Below the pieces are notes generated by a model. It had not been told where the DNA came from, made no database searches, and was given only the letters and a program-made list of their open reading frames with translations. From Candidatus Limiplasma sp. (GTDB taxonomy: Bacteria > Bacillota > Clostridia > Christensenellales > Aristaeellaceae), in the NCBI GenBank assembly GCA_045538465.1, contig JAZSRK010000017.1, forward strand, positions 14,863 to 78,862: a stretch of 64,000 nucleotides of DNA. Direction: 5' to 3'. Position 1 is the first letter of the stretch. Each line of letters starts with the position of its first letter. Below, one piece after another: positions 19,001-27,457 of the stretch. The position numbers were made by a program, and so were the translations under genes.

Positions 19001-21199
19001 GGTGTGCCTATTTTCCAGTTGATCGAGCCATCTGTCAGAGTTCGTAGTACCTCCGTATACGATGGAAGTGCATCCATCTATATAGAAAATTACACATTGC
19101 AAAGCGATGGCAACTGCTTTACGCTTACTTTTGATGTGCCTGCCGATTGGCGGTCCGATACGGTTTATGTGCTCTATTGCTGCGATTTTACCAAAGAGTT
19201 CATGTCCACCATTACGGGCGATACCCATCTGAATAATGCAACCAACAACGCTACCGTAGAGTGGGATGGCGGCTCCCAGCAGCTAAAAGCCAATCTTTCC
19301 CTGAATATACCGGATAAGCGTCTTAACAAGACCGGTTCAGTCTCCAACGACCATTCCATGGTCAACTATACCATCAAGATCAATGAGTATGGGCAGGATC
19401 TGGACGCAACGAGCGATACGCTAGTGCTTACGGATCGGCTCAACAGCAGCAGCGTTGTATATGCGCAGGCCAGCTTTGTGCTTAAGGATAGTTCCGGCAA
19501 CACCCTTACACGCAGCGGGTATGCATCTGCTAATACATATCGCCTCAAATTCAGCGAAGATGGTAAGAGTTTCGAATTGGAAGTTCCCGATGAGACCAGC
19601 TTGACACTGATCTATTTTGCCGATCCCACCATCCAGATCGGTCAGCAGACAGGCAATATTGAAAATGTTGTTTCTCTGCAAAATATCAGCCGTCACTTCA
19701 CGGTTAACAGCTTCAAGGTAGACATGTCTTCTGCCGGCGCCAGCACTGCGCTGCCCAAGGGCGCATGCGGCGTGATGGTTTATAAAAACGATGGCGAGAC
19801 AGACCTTCCGCTGGATGATGCAGTCTTTACGATCTACAAAGTAGATCCTCAGCTGCAAGAGACCGAAACCAGCAAAACCGGTACTACGGTCGATGGTCGT
19901 ACGACCTTCACCTTCCCTGCCGACGAAGAAGGCTTTGGCTTTGATCAGGTCTATTGCCTTCGTGAAACGGAAGCCCCGGAAGGGTATCAAAAGAACGATA
20001 ATGCGTGGTATTTCTACTTCGTCCAAAGAGATGCTGACGGAGTGGTGATGGAACCCAGCGCATCCGTGCAGGCTACCATTGATGCCTTGACCGCCGTTGG
20101 AAAAACTGTTTACGTCAATCCTGAATTGGAAACCTACGTTTATACTGCTGTGAATATGCCGCGAACGCAGATAACGGCTGTCTTTACCTTTACCAAGGTA
20201 GACGAGAACGGTGCACATCTTGATGGTGCAAGCTTTACGCTGACGGATGCTGACCAGCAGCCCGTAACTGCGAAGGCAGGCACCACCACTGGCGTGTTCA
20301 CTTACGAGAACCTGCTGCCCGGCACTTACACCTTGACCGAAATTGCAGCCCCCGCAGGTTATGCAAAGCCCGCCAATACCACATGGACAGTCACAGTAGA
20401 TGCTACAGGTGCAGTCACCGTCACCGGTGCAGATTACAACACCACCAACAACACCATTACCAATACGCTCATCACTGCTGATTTCACCTTTACCAAAGTG
20501 GATGAAAACGGCACGGCGCTTGGCGGAGCGACCTTCACGCTGACAGATGCGCAAGGCAACACCATCAGAGCAGCTGCGAATACGGCGGTTGGCGTGTTTA
20601 CTTACGAAGATCTGCTGCCCGGTACCTATATCCTTACGGAAACTGCTGCTCCTGTAGGCTACCACCTGCCCGCCAATACCCGTTGGCAGGTGACGGTCGC
20701 TCTTGATGGAACGATCTCAGTCATCGGCGCAGACTTCAACACGGCTACCAACACCATTATCAACAAACAGATCCGCCGTATGTTTACATTTACCAAGGTG
20801 GATGCAGTTGATGCATCGCTCAAACTGGCCGGCGCACGTTTTGAACTGTCCGGTAATGGTTACAGAGCACAGGCTGATTCTGACCGATACGGCAAGGTGG
20901 TATTTACCGATCTGCTGCCTGGCGAATATACTCTGAAGGAAGTCAGCGCCCCCAGCGGATATGTAAGATGCCCCCAGACGTGGAAACTAACGGTACATCT
21001 GGATGGTACTTTCGATGTGGATGGTCGTACCAATGTGCGCGATCTCTACCAGATCGCCAATAGCCGCAGTGGATACATTCCTCAGACTGGTGCTATCACT
21101 TGGCACAAGGATGTTGTACTTACTTTAGGCTATGTACTGTTCATGCTGGGCGCTGTTATGATGCTTTGTCGCCGTAGGAGGGATCGGCATGAAAAATAA
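16100..21199 (+). CDS. cell-wall-anchored giant adhesin with four C-terminal Cna-B/SpaA-type modules and an IPQTG sorting signal
   Basis: Signal peptide ending PVLA/ATS. Repeated FTFTKVDENG...LLPGTYTLTE.AAP.GY modules at about 19760-21050. The C-terminus is IPQTG + hydrophobic segment + RRRRDRHEK. Confidence 0.9.
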   Translation: MKNSMQKFIAMMLSILLVFGQIATPVLAATSDDVTLNGNVMPLAVPGSAGILDFDPYSDYVESEIVLTNPDTGAPYPDDHQFSNGDELRFTVRFELDASNAWYVDNTQQKECKYLIREAYRQGYTGPDDNAQQTTLPQIDENTVFTIPFKGLQYLAQANNLPWSEAQKQPALIGATYNVAFYWWLDRATNKLCLTFTKEALDGSKGHDTLNNLFINVKGVLDTSQLSGQNSADFTVGNVNFQLPLAASYNISKNSQMVYNKNTGNYDINYTVRLNVDREVDLSATQLNILDTVFDNSIIGKPSNVSVTTNSGDDVGVTVTNVDNKNTKFQFTSNDQKLAKGEYVITYTSPVTQSFDSLFANNGEGYRNLGGDQRKNAVQVYQGNEPTNTRADSYLNWVSPGEETRIHKSAVHNGNTLNYNNIYRETVNGQTVYYVNFYLEAKIKNEASSITLTDDGGQWLSHVNEQPQLLYIQKGLDEGYDPNTMGTAQGVSVSTADNGSVRTYTLNGSPIPAGVYRLNYRMQLKPEAVEQLLSGASMPNIVNNATFATLDNQSVPHRNTQTNVSIPNRDASSKSYHVTTLEDGTKLVQWTLNFRWNFFQDEGLSNVVDTLTNGTYYIAEGYPFVINNNYQQRASITDAANAGNIGVVFNEDKTSFTFTLGNTGNNEERTDAFYSITYYTKVEPDAEGNYPSHTNSYDVNYSFNGTIGGDEGNVTVNFDDPSDPDNPNNPDDPQNPGENVIEVSPTKKHQSSTFDKSSQTVVTTWEIEVDLSNLPLERMTSFQISDVIPDHMKNYMNITDVSVYGRGHDWNVAANFTENTDYTVTKTSDDLWTVTMSETALREGCENVRWLCVAVTTSSSLINPSQEDQNYQNFCRLDYTYSPVNPEAEDFVVSKTSDAWCNYKRLLSKKEVSAYSDFYNSTTNQYAMNQDGKNDIVWQLSLRDTAFVNRGTATTVTITDTLPVTGAGVPIFQLIEPSVRVRSTSVYDGSASIYIENYTLQSDGNCFTLTFDVPADWRSDTVYVLYCCDFTKEFMSTITGDTHLNNATNNATVEWDGGSQQLKANLSLNIPDKRLNKTGSVSNDHSMVNYTIKINEYGQDLDATSDTLVLTDRLNSSSVVYAQASFVLKDSSGNTLTRSGYASANTYRLKFSEDGKSFELEVPDETSLTLIYFADPTIQIGQQTGNIENVVSLQNISRHFTVNSFKVDMSSAGASTALPKGACGVMVYKNDGETDLPLDDAVFTIYKVDPQLQETETSKTGTTVDGRTTFTFPADEEGFGFDQVYCLRETEAPEGYQKNDNAWYFYFVQRDADGVVMEPSASVQATIDALTAVGKTVYVNPELETYVYTAVNMPRTQITAVFTFTKVDENGAHLDGASFTLTDADQQPVTAKAGTTTGVFTYENLLPGTYTLTEIAAPAGYAKPANTTWTVTVDATGAVTVTGADYNTTNNTITNTLITADFTFTKVDENGTALGGATFTLTDAQGNTIRAAANTAVGVFTYEDLLPGTYILTETAAPVGYHLPANTRWQVTVALDGTISVIGADFNTATNTIINKQIRRMFTFTKVDAVDASLKLAGARFELSGNGYRAQADSDRYGKVVFTDLLPGEYTLKEVSAPSGYVRCPQTWKLTVHLDGTFDVDGRTNVRDLYQIANSRSGYIPQTGAITWHKDVVLTLGYVLFMLGAVMMLCRRRRDRHEK

Positions 21200-21920
21200 G
21201 CTTGCGCTTGTTTTGATGATCGTCGGTGCGCTTATGATGCTCGCCTCTGTAGGAATGACGATGTATCAGGATCACGAAGAAACCGTTGCCAACGAAACAG
21301 TAATGGCCGTGACAGATGATGTTCAGCAAGCGGTGCAAAAGAACGCTGCATTTCTTGCGCTCGAGCCGCGACCGGAAGAGCAGCCGGTCGCGGACGAGGC
21401 ATCAACTGGCGTAGATACGCCGGTTGTAGCTATTGTAGCAACAACCGGTGGATCTGCAGAGCCGACCATCGTACCGGATCCGATCATGGCAGCGGATGAA
21501 GCCCCACAAACTATGCCGATCGTTTATGTTGATGGCAAAGCGTATATCGGTATGCTGACGATCCCTTCCTTGGAACTTGATTTGCCCATTCAGGAGCAGT
21601 GGAGCTATGCCAAGTTGAAGCAAACACCGTGTCACTACAGCGGCACTGTTTATGAAGGCAACCTGGTTTTGATCGCCCACAATTACGACAGGCATTTCGG
21701 TCGCCTCAGTACCCTCAAGCAGGGAGACAGTGTGCTGTTTACCGATGCAAACGGAATGGTCTATTATTTTGAGGTAGAAGTTTTGGAAACGTTGCAGCCC
21801 AATCAAAACGACTATTTGACCTCTGGCTTGTGGGACTTGAGCCTCTCCACCTGCACCATCGGGGGAAGGCAGAGAAATGTGGTTCGTTGCCGGAGGGTAG
21901 ATCCCCTTGCGGTTCCATAA
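21189..21920 (+). CDS. sortase-family transpeptidase (class not assigned)
   Basis: N-terminal TM anchor, LIAHNYD His motif, LSTCT catalytic Cys motif, and a downstream Arg (RNVVRCRR). The start overlaps the last 11 nt of the adhesin gene. Confidence 0.85.
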   Translation: MKNKLALVLMIVGALMMLASVGMTMYQDHEETVANETVMAVTDDVQQAVQKNAAFLALEPRPEEQPVADEASTGVDTPVVAIVATTGGSAEPTIVPDPIMAADEAPQTMPIVYVDGKAYIGMLTIPSLELDLPIQEQWSYAKLKQTPCHYSGTVYEGNLVLIAHNYDRHFGRLSTLKQGDSVLFTDANGMVYYFEVEVLETLQPNQNDYLTSGLWDLSLSTCTIGGRQRNVVRCRRVDPLAVP

Positions 21921-22001
21921 AAAGCTTGGCGCAAAACAGATGAACAGGCCACTTCTCTATCAGTTTCCTGTGTATAGTACATATGAAAGTGTAGGGTTCT
22001 T

Positions 22002-22789
22002 ATGTTAAGAGAGTTTTTTGGTATTAACGGCTATCAGCGAGAACCAGAAGGTTTTCTTTCATGGCAGCAATTGGTTTTTGCGACATTCTTTTTCTTCCTG
22101 ATGGTGGCATTGGCTGTTTGGGTCGGCTTGAAAAATCGCCACCGCAGCGAAAGGGAGAAAAATCGTGTTCTCATCCTTGCTGCACTTACGATCGATCTGT
22201 TGGAACTCATCAAGATCATTCTATATACCATCATTAACAATAATCCCAACCATTGGCTCTACGAACTGCCGCTGTTTTGTGCTCCATCCAGATGATCTCT
22301 CTTCCCGTTGCTGCATTTACCAAAGGCCGTCTTCGGGAAGCAGCGCTGGACTTTGTGTGCATTTTCGGCGTATTGGGTGCATTGATGGGCACGTATGCAG
22401 CAGGAAACATCTATGCTCATACACCGCTTATTTCCTTCCCATGTATTGTTTCTGCCACAACGCATTGTATATCCGGTTTTGCTGCGTTGTATATCATGAT
22501 CGTTGGGCTTAGCAGCATGAAGCGGGAAAATATCTTTATTACTTTTGCTATTCTGTTTTTCTTCTGTGCAGCAGCCTATGTTGTCAATCAGTTGATCGGC
22601 TATAATTACATGTTCCTTTCTCAGGGCGATGGTACCCCTTACGATATCCTCTATAATCTGGTAGGAGGCAGCAAGGTTTGGTATCCGCTGGGGGTGGTTG
22701 CATTGTTCATTATCTACATCTCTTTGTATTATGGTGTTTATCACTTCATTGTAAGCCGCAGAGCTAAAAGTAAGAATGTAAGCGCTTGA
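22002..22789 (+). pseudogene. YwaF/TIGR02206-family integral membrane protein, split by a -1 nt frameshift at a T4 run
   Basis: ORFs 22002-22295 and 22253-22789 overlap in different frames. One extra T in TTTT (22275-22278) gives ...ELPLFLCSIQMISLPVAAF..., which restores the family's LPL.LCS motif. Confidence 0.65.
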
Positions 22790-23004
22790 TGCGCAACGAT
22801 TTCGAACAAACGATTCAGGGCACTTTGTCATTTCAGTTTATAGGCTGGAATGCAAAGTGCCTTTGTTTTGGCTGGTAATGCATGTGTAGCTTGAATAAAG
22901 AGTCATCCGGCATAACCGTCACACAATCTGCCCGCGGCTAATTAGATCAATTCGAAATTCAACACGAAATTGTTGCGATTTTCTTCCCAACCAAGGTTCG
23001 CATC

Positions 23005-23033
23005 TTGTAATCACTTCGCAACAATGGTATAAT
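23005..23033 (+). promoter_or_regulatory. sigma-70-type promoter (extended -10) for yicC-remA-gmk-rpoZ-coaBC
   Basis: TTGTAA (23005-23010), 17-nt spacer ending TGG, TATAAT (23028-23033). Confidence 0.65.
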
Positions 23034-23061
23034 AAAGGTTGTATCGAAAGGAGGGAAGGCC

Positions 23062-23937
23062 ATGCAGAGCATGACCGGTTACGGACGGGGACGCGCCTGT
23101 CAAGAGGGACGGGAAATGGTGGTAGAGCTTAAGTCTGTTAACCATCGGTACCTTGATCTTTCGTTCCGCATGCCAAAGAATCTCGGCTTTGTAGAAGATA
23201 CACTGCGTACAGCCTTGCAAAAGTCACAGGTCGACCGGGGCCATGTGGATGTATCGGTCACCTACACCAATACCCGCGAGGATGCCCGCACCTTGGACGT
23301 GGACGAAGCCCTGCTGAGCTCCTTTCGTCAAGCAGTTGCCAAAGCAGATGCTCTGTTGTCCGGCTTCCAGAGCGTCACGGTGGGTGAAGCGCTCACGCTC
23401 AGCGGTGCGCTTACCATTGCACAAGCAGATGAGGATACCGAGGCCGTCAAAGCATTGGCTGCCGAAGCTGTAGAGCAGGCACTGGCTGCGCTGCTGGAAA
23501 TGCGCACGCAGGAAGGCGAAAACCTTCGTGCGGATCTACGCTTCCATCTGGCCACCGTGGCCACCCTTCGGGAGCAGATCGCTCAGCATGCGCCCACAGT
23601 GCCTCAGGAATACCGCAAGCGGTTGGAAAACCGTTTGAAGGAGTGGCAGGTAGAAGGCGTGGAGCCTCAGCGCATTGCGCAGGAAGTTGCTATTATGGCA
23701 GACCGCTGCGCCATCGACGAAGAACTGAGCCGCCTCAGCAGCCACATCGCACAGTTTGAAGATATCCTCGCCAACGAAAGCAAACCCGGTAAAAAACTGG
23801 ATTTTCTCCTGCAGGAGATGAACCGCGAGGTAAATACCATCGGTTCCAAGGCTTCCGATGCACAGATCGCAAAGGCAGTTGTCGAAGCCAAGTGCACGCT
23901 GGAAAAGCTGCGTGAGCAAGTACAGAATGTGGCCTGA
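23062..23937 (+). CDS. yicC: YicC/YloC-family protein (endoribonuclease)
   Basis: MQSMTGYGRG...ELKSVNHRYLD N-terminus and C-terminal EMNREVNTIGSKA motif. Gene order is the same as B. subtilis yloC-remA-gmk-rpoZ-coaBC. Confidence 0.9.
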   Translation: MQSMTGYGRGRACQEGREMVVELKSVNHRYLDLSFRMPKNLGFVEDTLRTALQKSQVDRGHVDVSVTYTNTREDARTLDVDEALLSSFRQAVAKADALLSGFQSVTVGEALTLSGALTIAQADEDTEAVKALAAEAVEQALAALLEMRTQEGENLRADLRFHLATVATLREQIAQHAPTVPQEYRKRLENRLKEWQVEGVEPQRIAQEVAIMADRCAIDEELSRLSSHIAQFEDILANESKPGKKLDFLLQEMNREVNTIGSKASDAQIAKAVVEAKCTLEKLREQVQNVA

Positions 23938-23958
23938 CGGAAGGAAAGGAACCGTATA

Positions 23959-24228
23959 ATGAAACTCATCAATATAGGCTTTGGCAATATGATCGCCGCA
24001 GAGCGCATCATCGCCATTGTCAGCCCGGATAGTGCACCCGTCAAACGGATGATCCAAGAAGGCCGGGAACGTCATTGCATTATTGATGCAACACAGGGGC
24101 GGCGCACACGAGCCGTCATCCAGACCGATAGCGACCATATCGTACTGTCTGCCATTCAGCCGGAAACCATTGCCGGTCGAGTGGCGGGTAAGGAACCTAT
24201 TACCAAAGACGACGAAAGAGAGGCATAG
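23959..24228 (+). CDS. remA: RemA/DUF370 extracellular-matrix regulator
   Basis: [12 protein letters not shown]...[15 protein letters not shown]...[12 protein letters not shown]. Ends with TAG. Confidence 0.9.
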   Translation: MKLINIGFGNMIAAERIIAIVSPDSAPVKRMIQEGRERHCIIDATQGRRTRAVIQTDSDHIVLSAIQPETIAGRVAGKEPITKDDEREA

Positions 24229-24230
24229 GC

Positions 24231-24842
24231 ATGAAGATCGACCAAAAAGGAATGCTGCTCATCGTGTCCGGTCCGTCCGGCGTTGGCAAGGGAACATTGG
24301 TACAATTGCTGAAGGATTACGATCCAAACTTCGTGCTCTCCTGCAGCGTTACCACCCGCGATCCTCGCCCTAATGAGATCGAAGGAGTCCACTACCATTT
24401 CATTACCGATGCCGAGTACGACCAGATGCTGGCAGAGGATGCCTTTCTGGAACATGCTGTGGTTCACGGCAACCGCTATGGTACCCCTCGCAAGCCTGTA
24501 GAGAAGCTGCTGGCCGAAGGTAAGAATGTTATTCTGGAGATCGACCCTCAGGGCGCTATCGCCGTTATGGAAAATCCCAACGCGGGCGATTATGTCAGCG
24601 TGTTCATCCTGCCGCCCAGCTATGCAGAGCTTCGCCGTCGGCTTACCGAGCGCAATACGGAAGAACCCGAGGTGGTGGAACGCCGTATGAACAACGCCCG
24701 TATCGAGATCGCTAAACTGGATCGTTACCAGTACACCATCATCAACAAAACGCTGGAAGCCGCCTTTGAAGAGTTCCTTCAGATCGTAAAAGCCGAAAGC
24801 AAGCGTACCGTGCGCTATATGCCAGAAATTCCCGAAGAATGA
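24231..24842 (+). CDS. gmk: guanylate kinase
   Basis: P-loop GPSGVGKGT, SCSVTTR..RPNE, HYHF. Confidence 0.92.
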   Translation: MKIDQKGMLLIVSGPSGVGKGTLVQLLKDYDPNFVLSCSVTTRDPRPNEIEGVHYHFITDAEYDQMLAEDAFLEHAVVHGNRYGTPRKPVEKLLAEGKNVILEIDPQGAIAVMENPNAGDYVSVFILPPSYAELRRRLTERNTEEPEVVERRMNNARIEIAKLDRYQYTIINKTLEAAFEEFLQIVKAESKRTVRYMPEIPEE

Positions 24843-24862
24843 GAATATAGGAGGAAAAGAAT

Positions 24863-25078
24863 ATGTCTATCGTCGAGCCTAACATCGTAGAACTGTCCGA
24901 GAAGGTGGATTGCCGTTACACGCTGGTAGTGGAAGCCAGCAAGCGCGCCCGTCAGCTGGTGGACGAAAAGGAACCCCTCATCGATGCCAAGGATATGAAG
25001 CCCCTGAAGATCGCTGTGGAAGAAATCAACCGCGGCTTGCTTACCTACGAGCGGGACGCCGATGTAACGGAGGATTGA
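24863..25078 (+). CDS. rpoZ: DNA-directed RNA polymerase subunit omega
   Basis: 71 aa containing RYTLVVEASKRARQL, in the conserved position after gmk. Confidence 0.88.
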   Translation: MSIVEPNIVELSEKVDCRYTLVVEASKRARQLVDEKEPLIDAKDMKPLKIAVEEINRGLLTYERDADVTED

Positions 25079-25079
25079 T

Positions 25080-26285
25080 ATGCTCACCGGCAAACATGTG
25101 GTGCTGGGCGTAACGGGCGGTATTGCCGCATACAAGGCGTGCGAAGTGGTTTCCCGACTGCGTAAGCTCCATGCCGAGGTGGATGTGATCATGACTGAAA
25201 ACGCCACCAAGCTGGTTGCGCCGCTCACCTTCGAGACCCTCAGCAACCGCCCGGTGTGCGTTGATACCTTTACCCGTGTGGAAAGCTGGGATGTAAAGCA
25301 TATTTCGCTGGCACAGAAGGCGGATGTGTTTCTGGTTGCCCCTGCCACTGCCAACTTGATGGCCAAGTTGGCGCATGGTATTGCAGATGATATGCTCTCC
25401 ACCACGCTGCTGGCCACCAAAGCGCCCATTCTGCTGGCGCCTGCTATGAATACGGGCATGTGGACGGCGCAGGCTACACAGGAAAATCTGCAAACTTTGC
25501 TGACACGTGGTGTGCATACGGTGGGTCCGGCCAGCGGCGTGCTGGCCTGCGGCGATACCGGAGCAGGGCGCATGAGCGAGCCGGTGGAGATCGTGGAAGC
25601 TGTTTGCCACCTGCTGACTGCTAAACAGGATCTGCAAGGTATGAAGGTATTGGTCACCGCTGGCCCTACCGTAGAACGGATCGATCCTGTGCGTTACCTG
25701 ACCAACGATTCCTCCGGCAAAATGGGCTATGCCATTGCCCAAGCCGCCGTGGAGCGCGGAGCACAGGTGACTATCGTTTCCGGCCCGGTGCATCTTGCGC
25801 CGCCACAAGGGGCGCAGGTGCTGCCGGTACAGTCCACTATGGATCTGTACCGCACCATGCTGGAAAATGCGCCTGCGCAGGATATCGTTATTCAGGCTGC
25901 AGCCCCGGCCGATTATCGGGTGGAGAGTCCTGCGGATCAGAAGATCAAGAAGCAGGATGGCGAAAGCCTTGTGTTGACACTGGTAGAGAACCCTGATGTG
26001 GCGAAAGCGGTGGGCGAAAATAAACGACCCGGGCAGGTGTTGGTGGGTTTCGCAGCTGAGACCCAGCAGGTGACGGAGAATGCCATCAAGAAGCTGCACA
26101 AAAAGAATCTGGATATGATCGTTGCCAACGATGTGACCGCAGAGGGTGCTGGCTTCGGAGTGGATACCAACATCGTTACCCTGATCACCGAGGATGGGCT
26201 GAGCGCTCTGCCTAAAATGACCAAGCGGCAAGTAGGCGACCGTATTCTGGATGAAGCCCTGCGGCTATACCAGCAAAAGCATTGA
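25080..26285 (+). CDS. coaBC: bifunctional phosphopantothenoylcysteine decarboxylase / phosphopantothenate-cysteine ligase
   Basis: N-terminal flavoprotein half (GVTGGIAAYKA, PAMN..MW) and C-terminal CoaB half (ITNDSSGKMG, AAAPADY). Confidence 0.92.
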   Translation: MLTGKHVVLGVTGGIAAYKACEVVSRLRKLHAEVDVIMTENATKLVAPLTFETLSNRPVCVDTFTRVESWDVKHISLAQKADVFLVAPATANLMAKLAHGIADDMLSTTLLATKAPILLAPAMNTGMWTAQATQENLQTLLTRGVHTVGPASGVLACGDTGAGRMSEPVEIVEAVCHLLTAKQDLQGMKVLVTAGPTVERIDPVRYLTNDSSGKMGYAIAQAAVERGAQVTIVSGPVHLAPPQGAQVLPVQSTMDLYRTMLENAPAQDIVIQAAAPADYRVESPADQKIKKQDGESLVLTLVENPDVAKAVGENKRPGQVLVGFAAETQQVTENAIKKLHKKNLDMIVANDVTAEGAGFGVDTNIVTLITEDGLSALPKMTKRQVGDRILDEALRLYQQKH

Positions 26286-26291
26286 TATTTA

Positions 26292-26325
26292 AACGACGGA
26301 CAGGTAACTGCCCGCCGTTTTTTGT
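26292..26325 (+). terminator. rho-independent terminator after coaBC
   Basis: AACGACGGACAG-gtaa-CTGCCCGCCGTT (two mismatches) followed by TTTTT. Confidence 0.7.
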
Positions 26326-26375
26326 TATGTATGATAGGTTTTGATATTCACTGCAAAAAAATTATTCTAAATCTA

Positions 26376-26405
26376 TTGACAAACTATATCGCCATCCGAT
26401 ATAAT
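26376..26405 (+). promoter_or_regulatory. sigma-70-type promoter of the padR-DUF2812 operon
   Basis: TTGACA (26376-26381), 18-nt spacer, TATAAT (26400-26405). Confidence 0.7.
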
Positions 26406-26412
26406 CAACTCA

Positions 26413-26437
26413 CGATATATCGAGTGTCGATATATCG
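26413..26437 (+). promoter_or_regulatory. candidate operator: two copies of the palindrome CGATATATCG separated by 5 bp
   Basis: CGATATATCG at 26413-26422 and again at 26428-26437, immediately downstream of the -10 box. Confidence 0.5.
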
Positions 26438-26457
26438 GCAAACAATACAGGAGGCGT

Positions 26458-26778
26458 ATGATGAACGAAACTTTGGTTCTGACAGAATCCACTTACTACA
26501 TCTTGCTTTCTTTGCATACGCCGCAACATGGTTATGGCATTATGCAGCAAACGGAGCAGATGTCTGGCGGGCGAGTGCGCTTGGCAGCAGGTACGCTGTA
26601 TGGTGCGCTGAATGCCCTGTGCGAGAAAGAGTGGATCAAGCAGTTGCCCATTGAGGATGGAAGCCGTAAAAAGCAGTATCAGCTTACGGAAAAAGGTCAA
26701 CAGGTACTAAGGACCGAATTGAACCGCTTGCGCCAGTTGGTGGCCAATGGCGAAGCGATTTTGGGAGGAGAAGCGTAA
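26458..26778 (+). CDS. PadR-family transcriptional regulator
   Basis: Winged-helix core YYILLSL....HGYGIMQ...... GTLYGALN.L..KEWI. AGGAGG RBS. Confidence 0.88.
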   Translation: MMNETLVLTESTYYILLSLHTPQHGYGIMQQTEQMSGGRVRLAAGTLYGALNALCEKEWIKQLPIEDGSRKKQYQLTEKGQQVLRTELNRLRQLVANGEAILGGEA

Positions 26779-27299
26779 TGGAAAAGAAGACTGTGAGAAA
26801 ATGGATGTGGGCATGGAATTTTGATAAGGAAGAGGAATGGCTTAACCAGCAGGCACAAAACGGCTGGGTACTGGATGGTTTGGGCTTCTGCACCTATCAT
26901 TTTGTTAAGTGTGAGCCCGACGAGTATACCGTACGTATGGAAATGAAGCCCATGAAGGAATTGGGCAGCAATTGTGATGATTATATCCGCTTTTTGGAGG
27001 AAACGGGCGCAGAATACATCGGGCGCATGGTACAGTGGATCTATTTCCGCAAAAAGACGGAACTTGGCACGTTCGATCTGTTCTCCGATCTGGATTCCCG
27101 CATTGCTCATCTGGACAAGATCGCTAAAATGATGCTGATCATTCTGTTTGCAAATCTTGTAATAGGTTTGGTAAACAGTTTCAACTTTGTTAATATGGGT
27201 TGGCTGAACCTGTTGTGCGCTGCCCTGTTGGCGTATGCTACAGGCCGCATCCACGGCAAAAAGGAATCGTTGGAAAAGGAACGGCTGCTTCGGGAATAA
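26778..27299 (+). CDS. DUF2812-domain membrane protein (PadR partner)
   Basis: WNFDKEEEWLNQQAQNGW N-terminus and a C-terminal TM pair. The start overlaps the padR stop (TAATG). Confidence 0.8.
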   Translation: MEKKTVRKWMWAWNFDKEEEWLNQQAQNGWVLDGLGFCTYHFVKCEPDEYTVRMEMKPMKELGSNCDDYIRFLEETGAEYIGRMVQWIYFRKKTELGTFDLFSDLDSRIAHLDKIAKMMLIILFANLVIGLVNSFNFVNMGWLNLLCAALLAYATGRIHGKKESLEKERLLRE

Positions 27300-27335
27300 T
27301 GCCCGGTTTTTCCAGTGCGAAAAAGCAAAAGATGC

Positions 27336-27379
27336 AAAACGGCGGTACAGCGCAAACAAAGCGTTGGCCGCCGTTTTTG
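27336..27379 (+). terminator. rho-independent terminator after the DUF2812 gene
   Basis: AAAACGGCGG...CCGCCGTTTTT with an inner CAGCGC/GCGTTG extension. Confidence 0.75.
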
Positions 27380-27457
27380 CCATCAACCCCCATACATGGA
27401 ACAGGCAAAAAAGACACATCCTACCTCCAGCAAACCGTGAAATGGGAGGTACAGGTC

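Noticed and set aside
14977-21920. Interpretation as a sortase-assembled pilus locus.
   Set aside because: There is only one LPXTG-like substrate, it is far larger than a major pilin, I found no YPKN pilin motif, and the sortase lacks the C-terminal TM typical of class C enzymes.
27394-27423. Possible forespore (sigma-F/G-type) promoter upstream of lonB: ACATG-18 nt-CATCCTA.
   Set aside because: It is only a partial match (first -35 base off consensus) found by eye, which is not enough to call as a feature.
27200-27457. An 86-codon N-terminal extension of lonB suggested by the ORF track.
   Set aside because: It overlaps the DUF2812 gene end and crosses a terminator (27336-27379). TTG 27458, with a GGGAGG RBS and an immediate TM segment, fits LonB architecture.
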